Positions 46,533-58,005 of a DNA stretch of 64,000 nt are shown here, in pieces. Source of the stretch: Tubiluchus corallicola (taxonomy: Eukaryota > Animalia > Priapulida); assembly GCA_030141605.1 (NCBI GenBank), contig JAQGDQ010000096.1, forward strand, positions 578,426 to 642,425, given 5' to 3'. Below the pieces are notes generated by a model, which did no database searches, was not told the origin of the DNA, and saw only the letters and a program-made list of their open reading frames with translations. Position 1 is the first letter of the stretch; each line of letters opens with the position of its first letter. The translations under genes and the position numbers were made by a program.

Positions 46533-47342
46533 TGACAGTAGTATTTGCAGATACGTCAATGCAATGTGGACAAGTTATCAAGTTCTGTGTGTTGCCGAAT
46601 TTGAGAAACAGTTCTCCTGAGTGATTTTTAGTTATGTCTTTTTTATGTTCTATAAGGTTTACCGCAGTTGTCACTTTTTAAAATACTTGCTTGAAGCAAA
46701 GGTCTAAGGATTTGTTTTATAGACACGTTCTCTTCAATTTGTTTCCTCTAATTCTCGAGTACTGAATTCAGCAGTGGCAATTCAATCACTAAAGACAGTT
46801 CTAACAGCTGAGGTGAGCTGAGCAGGCTGAGTAGTTTTCAAAGAAATCTGCGATCTGTTCTTCTGTGACACTCATAAATTAAATTTTGGCAAACCAGCTG
46901 GCCTTTTTTCCCCACATTTTAGCGTGTGTGGCTTCAATTCTTCTGCTCATTTCCAGTTATTTGCCCGTCCATCATCATCCATTATTCTAACTGATCCTAA
47001 CCTATTCTTTGAGTTTCTCGTGATTTTGCATTTCACAGTTATTGGTAATGGTTGCACCGTGTTTTTTGTGAGAATGTAGTGCAGCAAGTTGCACCAAGTG
47101 CCTTTGGCAATAATATAATTCAACGTCCTGTTTGCAAGAAGAGTGTAATCAAATGACATTCAATTTGAGAAAATAAGACTTAAAGTTTGAAAAGCTACAT
47201 TGAACTTTACAGCAAAGTTATTATTTTTGGAATGGAAATTTTTTGCATATTATAGATAACTGATTTTCAAAATGGTACTAACTACTTCCTTTTCTACATT
47301 ATTACACTGACAAATCAATAATCAGCAAAAAACTTTGGAATA

Positions 47343-47510
47343 AGTTTGCAATTCCCCATACAAATTAAATACCCCAAACCTAACCATAACCCAATCCTAA
47401 CCTTATCGTTAGTCCTAACAACAACACCAACCTTGACCCTGATCGTAATCCTAACCCTAATCCTTACATGCTTCTGGAACTAATTTTTTGTGTGTGGGGA
47501 ATTGTAAACT
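47343..47510. mobile_element. Small palindromic MITE with a degenerate (CCTAAC)n core; also present at about 61238-61405
   Basis: AGTTTGCAATTCCCCATACAAA ... TTTGTGTGTGGGGAATTGTAAACT flanks telomere-like CCTAAC/CCTAAT units. Confidence 0.65.
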
Positions 47511-48733
47511 TTAGCCAGAACTTCTATTGTTGCAAACGTCAAATGTTAATAAGTTTTCAAGACCGTTGTAACAATAGTGATTTTTTTAAAGATGGCTGTC
47601 AAAACTTCTGAAAATCTGTATTTTATATTCATTAAAATGTTACTTCCATTATAACTCTTTATTAAATAATGGTTGCTACTACTTGTTTATGTTTTGGTAC
47701 TTAAATGCTTAAATGCTATGACTTATTAGTGAAGAAACATTCAAAATGGCTGCTGTATAAATGCCAGAGTTAGAGTTAAGGAGACATCACTGTTCTTGTA
47801 TTTGGTTTCTATGGAAGACATACCTACTGACATTCTATTATGAATTTATATCTTTATTTAAGTTATTATTACGTGTGGCACAAGATGGCCAAACAGTATA
47901 ATGCTATAATATAAAAATGTTGTGTATGTTACGTCTATTTACTTTAGTAAACAAACACAAATGCATTTGCTTTTAAATTTTTTGTCTGTAGATAGTTCCA
48001 CTGTCAAAACCACTCATCATTACCATCATCAGCCATTATTATCGGCACATTCATCAATATTTTTATCATCAGCATTATGTAAGTGTACTTGAAAATTAAG
48101 TTTTTTTGTCCTATTTTTCACATCAGATATCTTTAGACTGAAATGGTAGCAGGCTTTGCAACTAGTGCTCTTCTATAACACGCAGTTCACATATAGGTTT
48201 TCCCTAATAATACAAATCTTTTCTATTCTATTGATTTCAGTTTAATTCTTCGCCACTCCAATGCGTCGTTGTAGTCTAGGTAAAATAGTCTTGGTGAGAT
48301 ATCATCTCAGATGAGCTATTTTTGTTTTGCTTATGGAATATATTCACCATATGTTATAATCATTTACTTTTGTACAATTAATACTTGCTACTGCCGTTAA
48401 CTAGGTCAGTGTTTCTGCTTCTTGCTTCAATACTGTAGAATGTTTATCAATTTTTCTCAGTTTCTATTTCTAACTAATCTCACTGCTCTTGTCTTGTTTT
48501 GTTTTGCATATTCCTCGTCTTATGTAGTTTGCCGAATTTCTTGCTGCACTGTTATTTGAGTCTGGAGGTGTGGAGTGATTTTTTTATTTGCTTTAATGTG
48601 CGAACATACACTGTCAAGTTTCTTATTTATTGCAGGTTCTGCTGCCACTGATTTATTATTGTTTTCACACTCATTCAGTATTTCATTTGAAATTTATTTT
48701 AAAGCCTTCTAGCTACAGTTAAACAAAATATCA

Positions 48734-48900
48734 ATTTAGATTTAGATTTAGATTTATTTATTTATTCATTCATTTAATGCAACATTATACAAAATATTAC
48801 AGTTACAGAATTGACAATGTATTGCAGTGCTATGAGTATAGTAGAAGAAATTAATGTATAAGCTAAGCTCAACACGGATAGGCCTTAATTATAACATAGA
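48734..48900 (-). mobile_element. Non-LTR retroelement 3' end with a microsatellite tail
   Basis: The minus strand ends AATAAATAAA(TCTAAA)n. The duplicate is at about 62632-62800. Confidence 0.45.
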
Positions 48901-49330
48901 TAAACACAGACATAACACTGACATTTCATGCGAAACAATTAGGCTATATTTTAAATTGACCAATTTTTTAAATTGCTACACAATGTCTCTTTGCAGACAG
49001 AAATGTTCTCATTAATTTACAAAAAACAAGCAGTAGCTATATACTAATTTTGGCGCTAGTTGTTTATTCCTCATGCAGTGAAGGTGAAAACAAAGAAGAA
49101 TAAAGAAATTGGCATGAAGTCTTACTGCAAGATTTCAAAATTTACTGCATGAGCTGCTTAAATTCGATTGCAAGTTAATGTTAGATCTGTTCCGTGTTGT
49201 AATAGCCACATGACCAGTATTTCATCAAGTTTGTAACATGGATTTAGATGCCCAGATAACATATCAAGCAATGTTTTAAGTGTCCCACTCATGGGTTATT
49301 TTTGCCATGCAATCAGATGCAGTTATTTTA

Positions 49331-51274
49331 TAGGTTTTACATGTCAAATGTAGACACAGGAAAGTTCAAGTTTGACTTAGGTAAGTCAAATGTAGATGCA
49401 TTACTTTGAATAAATCGGTAATTAACTTATTTGAGTGCAAATTACAAAAAGATAAACCAAATTAAAATTATATTTTATGGTCATGGTATTATCGGCAGCA
49501 TCAATTTTTTTATATTATATTTAATTAATTTGCAACTATTTGTATGGACGTTAATACATTTTTCAAATGTAAAAATTTTTTTATTTGATAAGAACACTTA
49601 AAAGCGTTGTACATAAATAAGTTAACCATTATACAATTATTAATATATACACCATTCTACATTTTATTTGTCAACGTTTTACAAAAACATTTTTTTGAAT
49701 AATTAATGAAATCTGCAAAATTAAACTTGTAATCAATGCTCAAGACCAGCATTTTAAATATATAGTACCGCTGACTTATGAACAATAAGTAAACAACAAA
49801 CATGAAAAAAATTTGATATAAACAAACTTTACATCAGAATATCATCGTAGGTTAAGCAGCGTGGTACATACTGCTGCATATGCCGAAAATAATTGGCTGC
49901 ATCTGCGCGTGGGGTTATGATATTAATAGACTGTTCTGCCAACTGAGCTAATGTTACCATTCTCTGATCGTGATTCTGCACTAGAAGATTTTCTCTAATA
50001 TCTGCAAGAAGACGCTTCATTTCAGCCTTCCAGTGACTGAATACGTTTTCGAGTAAGTTGGCGGTAAGGCTGCTCCCCTGTGAGAAAACGAAAATTTTCT
50101 CCCGACCATCGTCATGCAGGTTATCTGTTGCGTCTTGAAGAAATGCATTAAAACGTTCTCTGTTCATTCCACCTTCTGTTAAGGCGTGATATATCAGGCC
50201 ATTTGTATTGCTTACTGCAAAAATCATGGTAAGATTGCTTCCACGATGACTAGCCACAACTCGCACGGCTCTTTGACCCTCTATTGCCCTTCCTCTCGTC
50301 CTCTTCATCCACAGGTTTATGCCTGCTTCGTCAATGATATAACTTCAAATTGCAAACCTCTCTCCATCAACCAGTGTGCATAAAGAAAGTGTTCGTGCTT
50401 CACTCTTTCACTATTTCTATCCGCTACAGCGTCTTCTAACTTTTTCATTACAATCAGGCGCCCTTTTAACACATTAGCTAACGTTGAACGGGACGTTGTT
50501 TCTCAGGCATGTCTCGGCGCATAGACGCAAGGATTTGCTCTAGCGTAAATTCTGGATGAGTCTCTATAAGATTACGGCATAGTCGCCCATTTCTTCATCG
50601 ACGTGCTTTCTTCTGAAGCCTCCACGTGGTTTGACAATTCTACCCTCCAGTGCTCTCTTAATAATAGCTCAAGCAGTTGATTTTTTTATACTAAGTTGCC
50701 GTGCAAGATGTAAGTAATCATCACCTCTTTCATAACGTTGTTTATCCTCCAACGAAATTCTTTGATAAACCATAATGTCGGCAGAAAAGAATAAATCGGT
50801 TCTCACTTCCCTATGCACAGTGAATCACTAATTAGTTTTTTAAGTAATGGATTAGCACTGCATTAATGAATTAGTTTCTCTCAAGAAACATTGTTTATTT
50901 TAAGAATGTATTGTTTTCTCTAACAGTTCCAATGGTATGTAAAGTTTGTAGAATATTAGTGAACTATTAGTAGGCCTATAACGTTGTTATTATAACACTT
51001 AAGAACAATTATTAAATTGAAACTAAAGAAGATTAAATTTAACATCCTTAAACTTTACCACCTATCCACGTTTGAGATACCAGTGTCACATTTGACTTGA
51101 CATGTGTCTACATTTGTACACTCATGTGTCTACCAAAAACGCTCAAGATTTCTTGAAAGCAATTGTTAACACATTTGAACTACCTAAGTCTACATTTGAG
51201 TTACCAAAACACATTTCAATTACCTAAATCTACATTTGAGTTAACGCAGGTCTGCATTTGACATGTAAAACCTG
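49331..51274 (-). mobile_element. Tc1/mariner-IS630-like DNA transposon, full length but defective
   Basis: TA|TAGGTTTTACATGTCAAATGTAGAC ... GTCTGCATTTGACATGTAAAACCTG|TA, with subterminal CAAATGTAGA repeats and a TA TSD. Confidence 0.9.
49829..50773 (-). pseudogene. Tc1/IS630-family transposase pseudogene
   Basis: HTH region (MVYQRISLEDK...ARQLSIKKST), then IDEAGINLWMKRTRGRAIEG, GSNLTMIFAVS and ENVFSHWK. It carries stops and frameshifts and has lost the segment around the second catalytic Asp. Confidence 0.85.
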
Positions 51275-51369
51275 TATTGTGCAACACAGAACTCATTGTT
51301 TGCCATACAGCAGAGCATAAGACTTGTATTAGAACGTGGCATCCATTGCAGCTCACTTTTTTCACAAGG

Positions 51370-51457
51370 CTCTGCGCACATGAGTGGGATTTAAATCTCT
51401 CTGTGCACATGAGTGGGATTTAAATCTCTCTGTGCACATGAGTGGGATTTTAATCTG
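51370..51457 (+). repeat. 29-bp tandem repeat, 3 copies
   Basis: CTCTGTGCACATGAGTGGGATTTAAATCT three times. Confidence 0.9.
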
Positions 51458-52699
51458 TGGTTCGTAATGAGCTGTTTAGTTGAGTGGAATGAGTTATCCT
51501 GTCACTGCTACTGCATTTAAATTCTTTATACATTTATACATTTCTTTATACATAGGTGATAATAGAATTCGTGGATTCATTCGGTTCGTCTTGTTTTATG
51601 ATTATCCTCGTGCCCTCCATTTGTTTAAGATTTTTGTACAGGCATTCCAGTTAAGGCTCGTATAATTAACAAGCTAGTTAATGTCACAAAAACTTCAATA
51701 CCAAGTAAAGTATTCAATGACGGCCACATCTATTTATTTAAATCAGTGATTTTTGTTACTTTCATTAGAAAGGAAATCCTACTCCTTCCTCACAAATTTG
51801 TTTGCTTCTGTGGTATTGAATGTATTGGTGTTGTGTTTTGTGTTTCTGCTCCATATCCGTCAAAATAGCAGTTGCTTTTGCATGCTGTTCTTCTGTGAAA
51901 GATAAATAAGCATCAGCAGTGGAACTATAAGTGCTGCACCAGTTCAGTTGTGTAGAAAGAATACACTTCCAAAATGTAGTAATTCGTTTGGGGAACAGAG
52001 TGAAGGGTAGCATTACGCAAAGAAATGTGGTGGGGTGCTTACGGGCTCTTGAAGTTCGGGTTTGCACATTTTGTTTAACTTCAATATGGTTGAATATAGA
52101 GAAAGTTTTGTTTCGTCTTCTCATCTAAATTTAGCTCTCCAGTCTGTGATGCAAGCAGGAACCGCTGAAATAATAAAGTGTTTTGATGTAAATAAGTAAA
52201 TAATAAGTTATAAGTAAAATATCGTTTAATAAGCAAAAAAAACTTTTAATATAGCCTTTCACAGTCGCTGTCTGTTTTGCATACGCAATGTAAAACGCAA
52301 GCCAGTTAAAATTTGATACAGCCACTATCTGGCTAAGATTAGCTGAGCATGATGGAAAGTTTACTCTGTTCAAGTTATATAATTCAGATGTATCACGAGT
52401 GTGGTTTGCTTTAATTGTGTTATTGCTTTTGAAGAGTGACAATTTGCTTCCAAGTAATGACATGTTAACAAGCCACTGTTGTTAATATTTTTATTGAGAG
52501 TAAATTAACAATTCGCTGAAATTTTAATTTTTTTCAAATACTTGGGGCATACATGCATGCGAACAGTTTGTGCTATGGTCACAGTTCTTACATATGTAAC
52601 ACCGTAGATGCAACAGATCTGGGGGGTGCTACGTGGGGACCGTGCCTGAGTGTGTGGCAGCTCTTTGTAAAAATTAAATCAAACAAATCTTTGTTCCTA

Positions 52700-54186
52700 G
52701 TATCACTTTAGCGCATGCGCTTATATGCCACTTCGTCTTTAGTGGTCTGTAGTATGCTACAGGTAAAGGCTGTGTCATATGGGTGGAGTTTGGAGGCAGA
52801 TATGTGAATTTTATGTCATTATCCTGGCGTGCTTTAATAATCGAGTCATTGGTGCGTGCTGCTAGGTTATCGTCAATAAGAACCTTAGTATCAGCTTGCT
52901 TTTTCAACATCGGTAGATCGGTAAGCATTTTGAATAATCTGCAAATATAAAAGTATCAAACCAACCAGATGTCGATAGGTTATAACGTCCTATTTAAGTC
53001 CACTGAGCATGAATTTGTTGGGACTTGTAAACCAACATTGTGCCAAATGCATTCCCGGCAAACATTACACTTAATGGTACCTTAAAGTTGTTTATTACTC
53101 TTTCTGGATATTGAATACCCCTTCTTACATTGCTTCTGCAATTACCTGGATCATCTACCAGGTTAGTCTCATCATAATTCCAGATTTTCTGTGTATGTAT
53201 ACCTACTAGTTCTGTCTTTAGGTGATGAAAGTAATTCTTTATTTGGTCTGTGCTAATATCTGCACGCTTTCGTTTTACGTTCGATGTTGTTCGCTTTGTA
53301 AGACCATTTCGCTTTAAAAACGAATATCCACCGCCTTTCCTGGGCGTTTCCTATTTTTGAAACAAGATACCCCTTTGCCAGTTTCTTCTTGGTAATTTTT
53401 TATCGTCATTTGCACATCTGTGGTTTCGAACGGTGTACCAAATTCAGCGCATATATTTATGCGACGACTGAACGCTGCCTGTTTGTCTGTTATTAAGGCC
53501 GTTGGTTTCCTTATCTACCTATTTCTCTTGTTTTTTAACGGTAAACATGAGAATTCCAAAATGACTTGATGCCTCCTGCCGTCTCGTTTGATTTTATACA
53601 TTCAAGGCAAAGCTCTAGCTTCTGCTTGGAATAAATACAATATGCCCTCTTCATGGACCTGATACTCTTAGGCGTAATGCTACAGAGATATTATAATCAG
53701 AAATTGGTAAAAAACACTAAAAAAGACAACTTTAAATGAAAAGTAGTCAGTGTAAAATGCATTAGTGAAAAAGCTTCTGTGAAGATCTGCGTTGTGAACA
53801 ATGTTAACAAAGATGTCAACAATGTGCGGTGCTAACATTGTTTCATAAAGTGACCTTGACTAAATTAACTAATTGTATTTTGACATTATTGAGTTAAGAG
53901 TATACGCCTGACAATTCCTACCATCCATTAGTTGTATTTAAATAATATAATTGTAAGCTTTTGAACTCTCAAAGTGAACACATTTGGCCAGAATAGAACT
54001 GAGACTATGCTAATGAGAAAAACAGCATGAACTAATGTTAGAGCATTTTTCTACAAACAGCTTAATGATTTACTAAAGTAGACTGATTATCTGGAAAAAG
54101 AAATCATTTTAATGGTTGAACTCTTTTGACTCATTTCTTTTTTGGGCCAAAGTTAGAGGCTGGGACAAAGTAAATGAACTTTACGG
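52700..54186 (-). mobile_element. pogo/Tigger-family transposon relic (HTH_psq, CENP-B and DDE_1 pseudogene at about 53675-52700)
   Basis: The minus strand gives YSKQKLELCLECIK (HTH), KIWNYDETNLVDDPG, STSGWFD, KVLIDDNL and LPPNSTHMTQPL..AYYRPLKTKW. A terminal-like CCGTAAAGTTCATTTACTTTG lies at 54186. Confidence 0.8.
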
Positions 54187-55336
54187 CATAGTAAAGTTAT
54201 TCAGGTGTATTATACTGGTCATGCATCATATTTTTTGAATTTCTTTATTGGTTAACCCTATTTTGTTCTGTAATAGTTAGCAGCGAAGGCATGGTTGCTA
54301 ACAATCAAATAATTGTTGACAGAGATATTTTATTCTATTACCTCTGTGAATATAGATGAATTGTAACTATCTACCATAAATATATTAAAAATAGTAAATA
54401 AGTTGATCTGCTGGCTTATTTTCTATAAATGATTATTTTTAGTGATTTTAATAAAGGATAAGGCAATAGGTCTGCTTGTGTACAATTTTAGTGACTGAAT
54501 ATTTTTAGTAGCCAAATCATAGTTATTTATATGTGCTGAATTTAATATTTTTAAACTTAGTATGTCTGTATGAAAACTGATTTACTTTTAAAATTTTACA
54601 GTGTGGCCTTTAAATATGTACCAATATGTGATATTGTTGATGTGTAAATTTTACTATAAATATTATGAGAATACATGATTTTTCTTTGTACTTGGCACTT
54701 TTGATTTGTATATTCTATGCAAAATAAAAAAATTTCTGTTTAGTGTTTTGTTTTGTTTCTTTTCTTTGCTGAAAATCCTGATTATATTTCACTGGTTTGC
54801 AGTGAGGATAACAACACTGTCTGTGCATAGTGAAAAGTAAGAAAAATCCATGATTATGATTTAATTAGTACAAGTATTAGAACAATAATGTGAATTGTTG
54901 CACCATCTGTTGCGAATCATTGAAACTTAACAAAAATTTGTTTTTCCATGTCGATTACATGAAGTAGGCCTATATTATGTTACAGGCAAAGTGTGAAACC
55001 GAGCACTCTATTCAACTGAATGCCCAAGCATTTCATGGAGTACCAAAACAAACCAGGCAGAGTGCTCAAATAGTTTTTCTGCACTTTTCGTGGGCATTAC
55101 ACGTAATGTAAAAGTTTGTTTAGGCAAAGTATGTAATTGTAATTGTTAGGTTTTGGATATACGTTTTCTGTGCGTTTTTAATTGTTGAATAAATGTTATT
55201 TGTAAAGATAAAGCAAATGGTCATTTGTTTTGATATAATTCTCCTAGGTGTTTTATATAATTCCAATTTTATTTTAGGCTATGTGTAAATTTGAAATAAG
55301 TTGTTTCAATGTATTTGCAACGTTGTGTGGTAAATA

Positions 55337-55760
55337 CGTTCGTTCGTTGGCTTTCTAATCTCCTTCCTCTTCTGCTGGGCTGACTGATAAACCAAGACAC
55401 CAGTTCTTTCATGGAGTATGCAGTGACATAGATGGCATTCGAGATTTTCTGACTTGGAATGGGCCAGTTGGGCCTATTGAACTTTGATCTTGCTCTTTTG
55501 CCACGTTTCTTCCCTCCTTTCGACTCTGAAATCTTAGGTTTCGTTGTTGATGTAGTATTTAACGTGCTTGGATTTCGAATGTGAAGACGTTTGAGAAATT
55601 TATTTCAAATACTTTTTGTAACAGTGAAAAGCTAGGGCATCTTCATTGTCTTTTACCAGCTGAGAATTCACTGAAAAGATTTGATGAGCAAGTCAAGTCT
55701 CCTGCATTCTGATGACATGTCCTCACTAACCAAGACAGCGTTTCTTGATGAGGGACTCGA
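55337..55760 (-). mobile_element. RTE-clade LINE 3' relic
   Basis: The minus strand gives LIKKRCLG*.GHVIRMQE, a C-terminal CHLC zinc-finger remnant and an (AACG)n tail at 55337-55349. Confidence 0.6.
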
Positions 55761-58005
55761 TGTATATATATATATTTACTTATATATAGCATAAGTATTT
55801 TTAACGTTCCCTCCCCACCAATCAACCCTTTCCCCATAATCTACACCAAGCCCTTAAAATTGAATTTTTCTTGTATAATATTATAATAAAGTATAACATT
55901 ACAAAAGTGTTAGATTTATAAATATATTTAGTTTATTGTACTAATTAAGTGTAGTTAATTACAGTTTGTGTTGATTGAATTTGAACTTATGACCCCACTG
56001 TACGTCTTGGGTCTTTAGGCGCTTTTTCCTACACTTGGCTAAATTTTCCCTCAGCCTTTTTATAAGATTTTTTTATGAAATTGTAGTGTATACACTGATT
56101 TCACTAGTTTCATCAGCTTCATAACTATAACTCTGTCTAGATGCAAATACCTCATTGGAGAATTCCTTTTGCTGTTCACTTGTCGCCATTTGCCAGTTCT
56201 TTTACCTTTCGTTTCCTGTGTTTCGCTCCCGAAGGCTCATTCTTACAAGGGTGATTATAGGTCTAATTACACAATTCCATTGTAAGAAACTTTTATAACG
56301 GGAAGATTGTTATAAGCACTTCATTAGCTCTGCTGCTCCATACATACAGCAAAAATTGCGGGTTAAAGCAGGATAGCACTAAGCCTATGTGTCTGAGTAA
56401 ATTGACGTTATTCAGATCTGATAAAGCAAAAGTACTTGCTTGCGGGAAAACACTTGCAAACTAGCCACATTTTGACAGTAAGATAACGAAAGTAGTTCGT
56501 GTCATTAAATTAAAGTGCTATGCACTTAAGCTTATGCTGTTAGTATTTATGCTAAACTTGAAAATTAAAGAATTCCAGAATTTTGCGCCCTTCAAATTTT
56601 GCGCTCTAGATAACTGGCTAGTCTGCCTAGCGGTAGAGCCAGCACTGACCATGTTTATATAAAAAATAGTCAATGGATCAATTGATAAAGTCCTTTAATG
56701 GGTTTAATCCACAGGACAAATTACTATTTTAGTGGAATTCTACGAGTGTGAATAGATATTAGTTTAGAGAGTTCACTTTTAGCTTATTAAATAATTATTC
56801 TCTTACTTTGTCGGACTTAACTAGCTGAGTTGGGAGGTTATTATTACCCTGTATAACTGTTTTTCACGACTTTGTAGGCAGCCAGATTCTTCTGAAAGCA
56901 AAAAAGGCAGTTTTTGTAATTTGTCATTTAACTTTTTGGATTATTTGTAGTTGATAACGGGTATCAGGCATGAGAACTTCCGCATTTCTGTTTATAAAGC
57001 AGGAGTTATGTGTGTTCACCTATATAACTGTCATAATGGAGCCCAACCTGCTTTGCAAACACTTACAATTGTTGGAAGCAAGTGAAGCTGTTCACTTAGA
57101 ATGGCGGCACAATTGAGGTTCGTCAAAATGATATCTAATAGCCAGGAAAAGCGTGGTTTCCTCTAGAAGGAAGTGATTGTTACACCTAGTTTGTAACTAT
57201 GCATGTGTACGTAAACCCGTATATTTTTATTCTTGTGGAATCAAACATGTAACCAAATTTTATTACAGTAAAATGACGAGAGTAAAAATGATCTGATAAA
57301 ACTTAGTCACACTTAATCTTTGAAAGGGCCGGCCTAGAAAATTCGAAGCGTCATGCTACAAAACAAGTCCCACGTTTGGATGTACCCTGTGCATATGAAA
57401 AGCTTGAAGATAAAATAAAATTGTCAGTTCCGGTAATCAGAACACAACATTGGATATAACAGTTGTCATCTTCATCACTAGCCTAAAAGCGTGGAGGAAT
57501 AATAAAACCGTAATTAACGTACTAACCTGACATTGTTCGAATAAATCAATTCGTACAGCGAACTTGAGGTTTAGTTTAAACTTTATTTATTTAACGTAAA
57601 TTTAAAATACCTATTACGTGTGTATCTCCACGGTGCAAAGTGCTAATATAATAATAATGGGCATCACAACTAATCTAGTTCTTCCTTAGATCAAATAAGA
57701 GGGTCAAATACAATTTGGAGATAATTAACATTCTATAAATGAGCAGTTTACACGTTAATTCATAAGAACAACAATAATAAAAACAGCAATAATAAGATAC
57801 ATTTACAAAGTGATTTGCTGATTAATCATTTAGTAGAAAATTTCTATTGTATTGTAAAGCGAGAGTTTGATTTTATAAACTGCAGTAATGAATTGCGTAG
57901 AATATAGCAAGATTGATGGCCAGCTTTCAGCTTATCGAATACATTTCTGTATAGAACTGCAGGATTATAATTTTGTAAGGAAATCTTGTGGTTGAGCAGT
58001 ACAAA

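Larger units (their letters stand above)
47156..50052 (+). repeat. Direct-repeat segment, copy 1 (pairs with 61051-63941)
   Basis: Colinear and near-identical from ACATTCAATTTGAG to ATACGTTTTCGA, with scattered substitutions and small indels. Confidence 0.96.

Noticed and set aside
47379-47465. Interstitial telomeric repeat
   Set aside because: The CCTAAC units are highly degenerate and enclosed by inverted repeats, so a MITE core explains them better.
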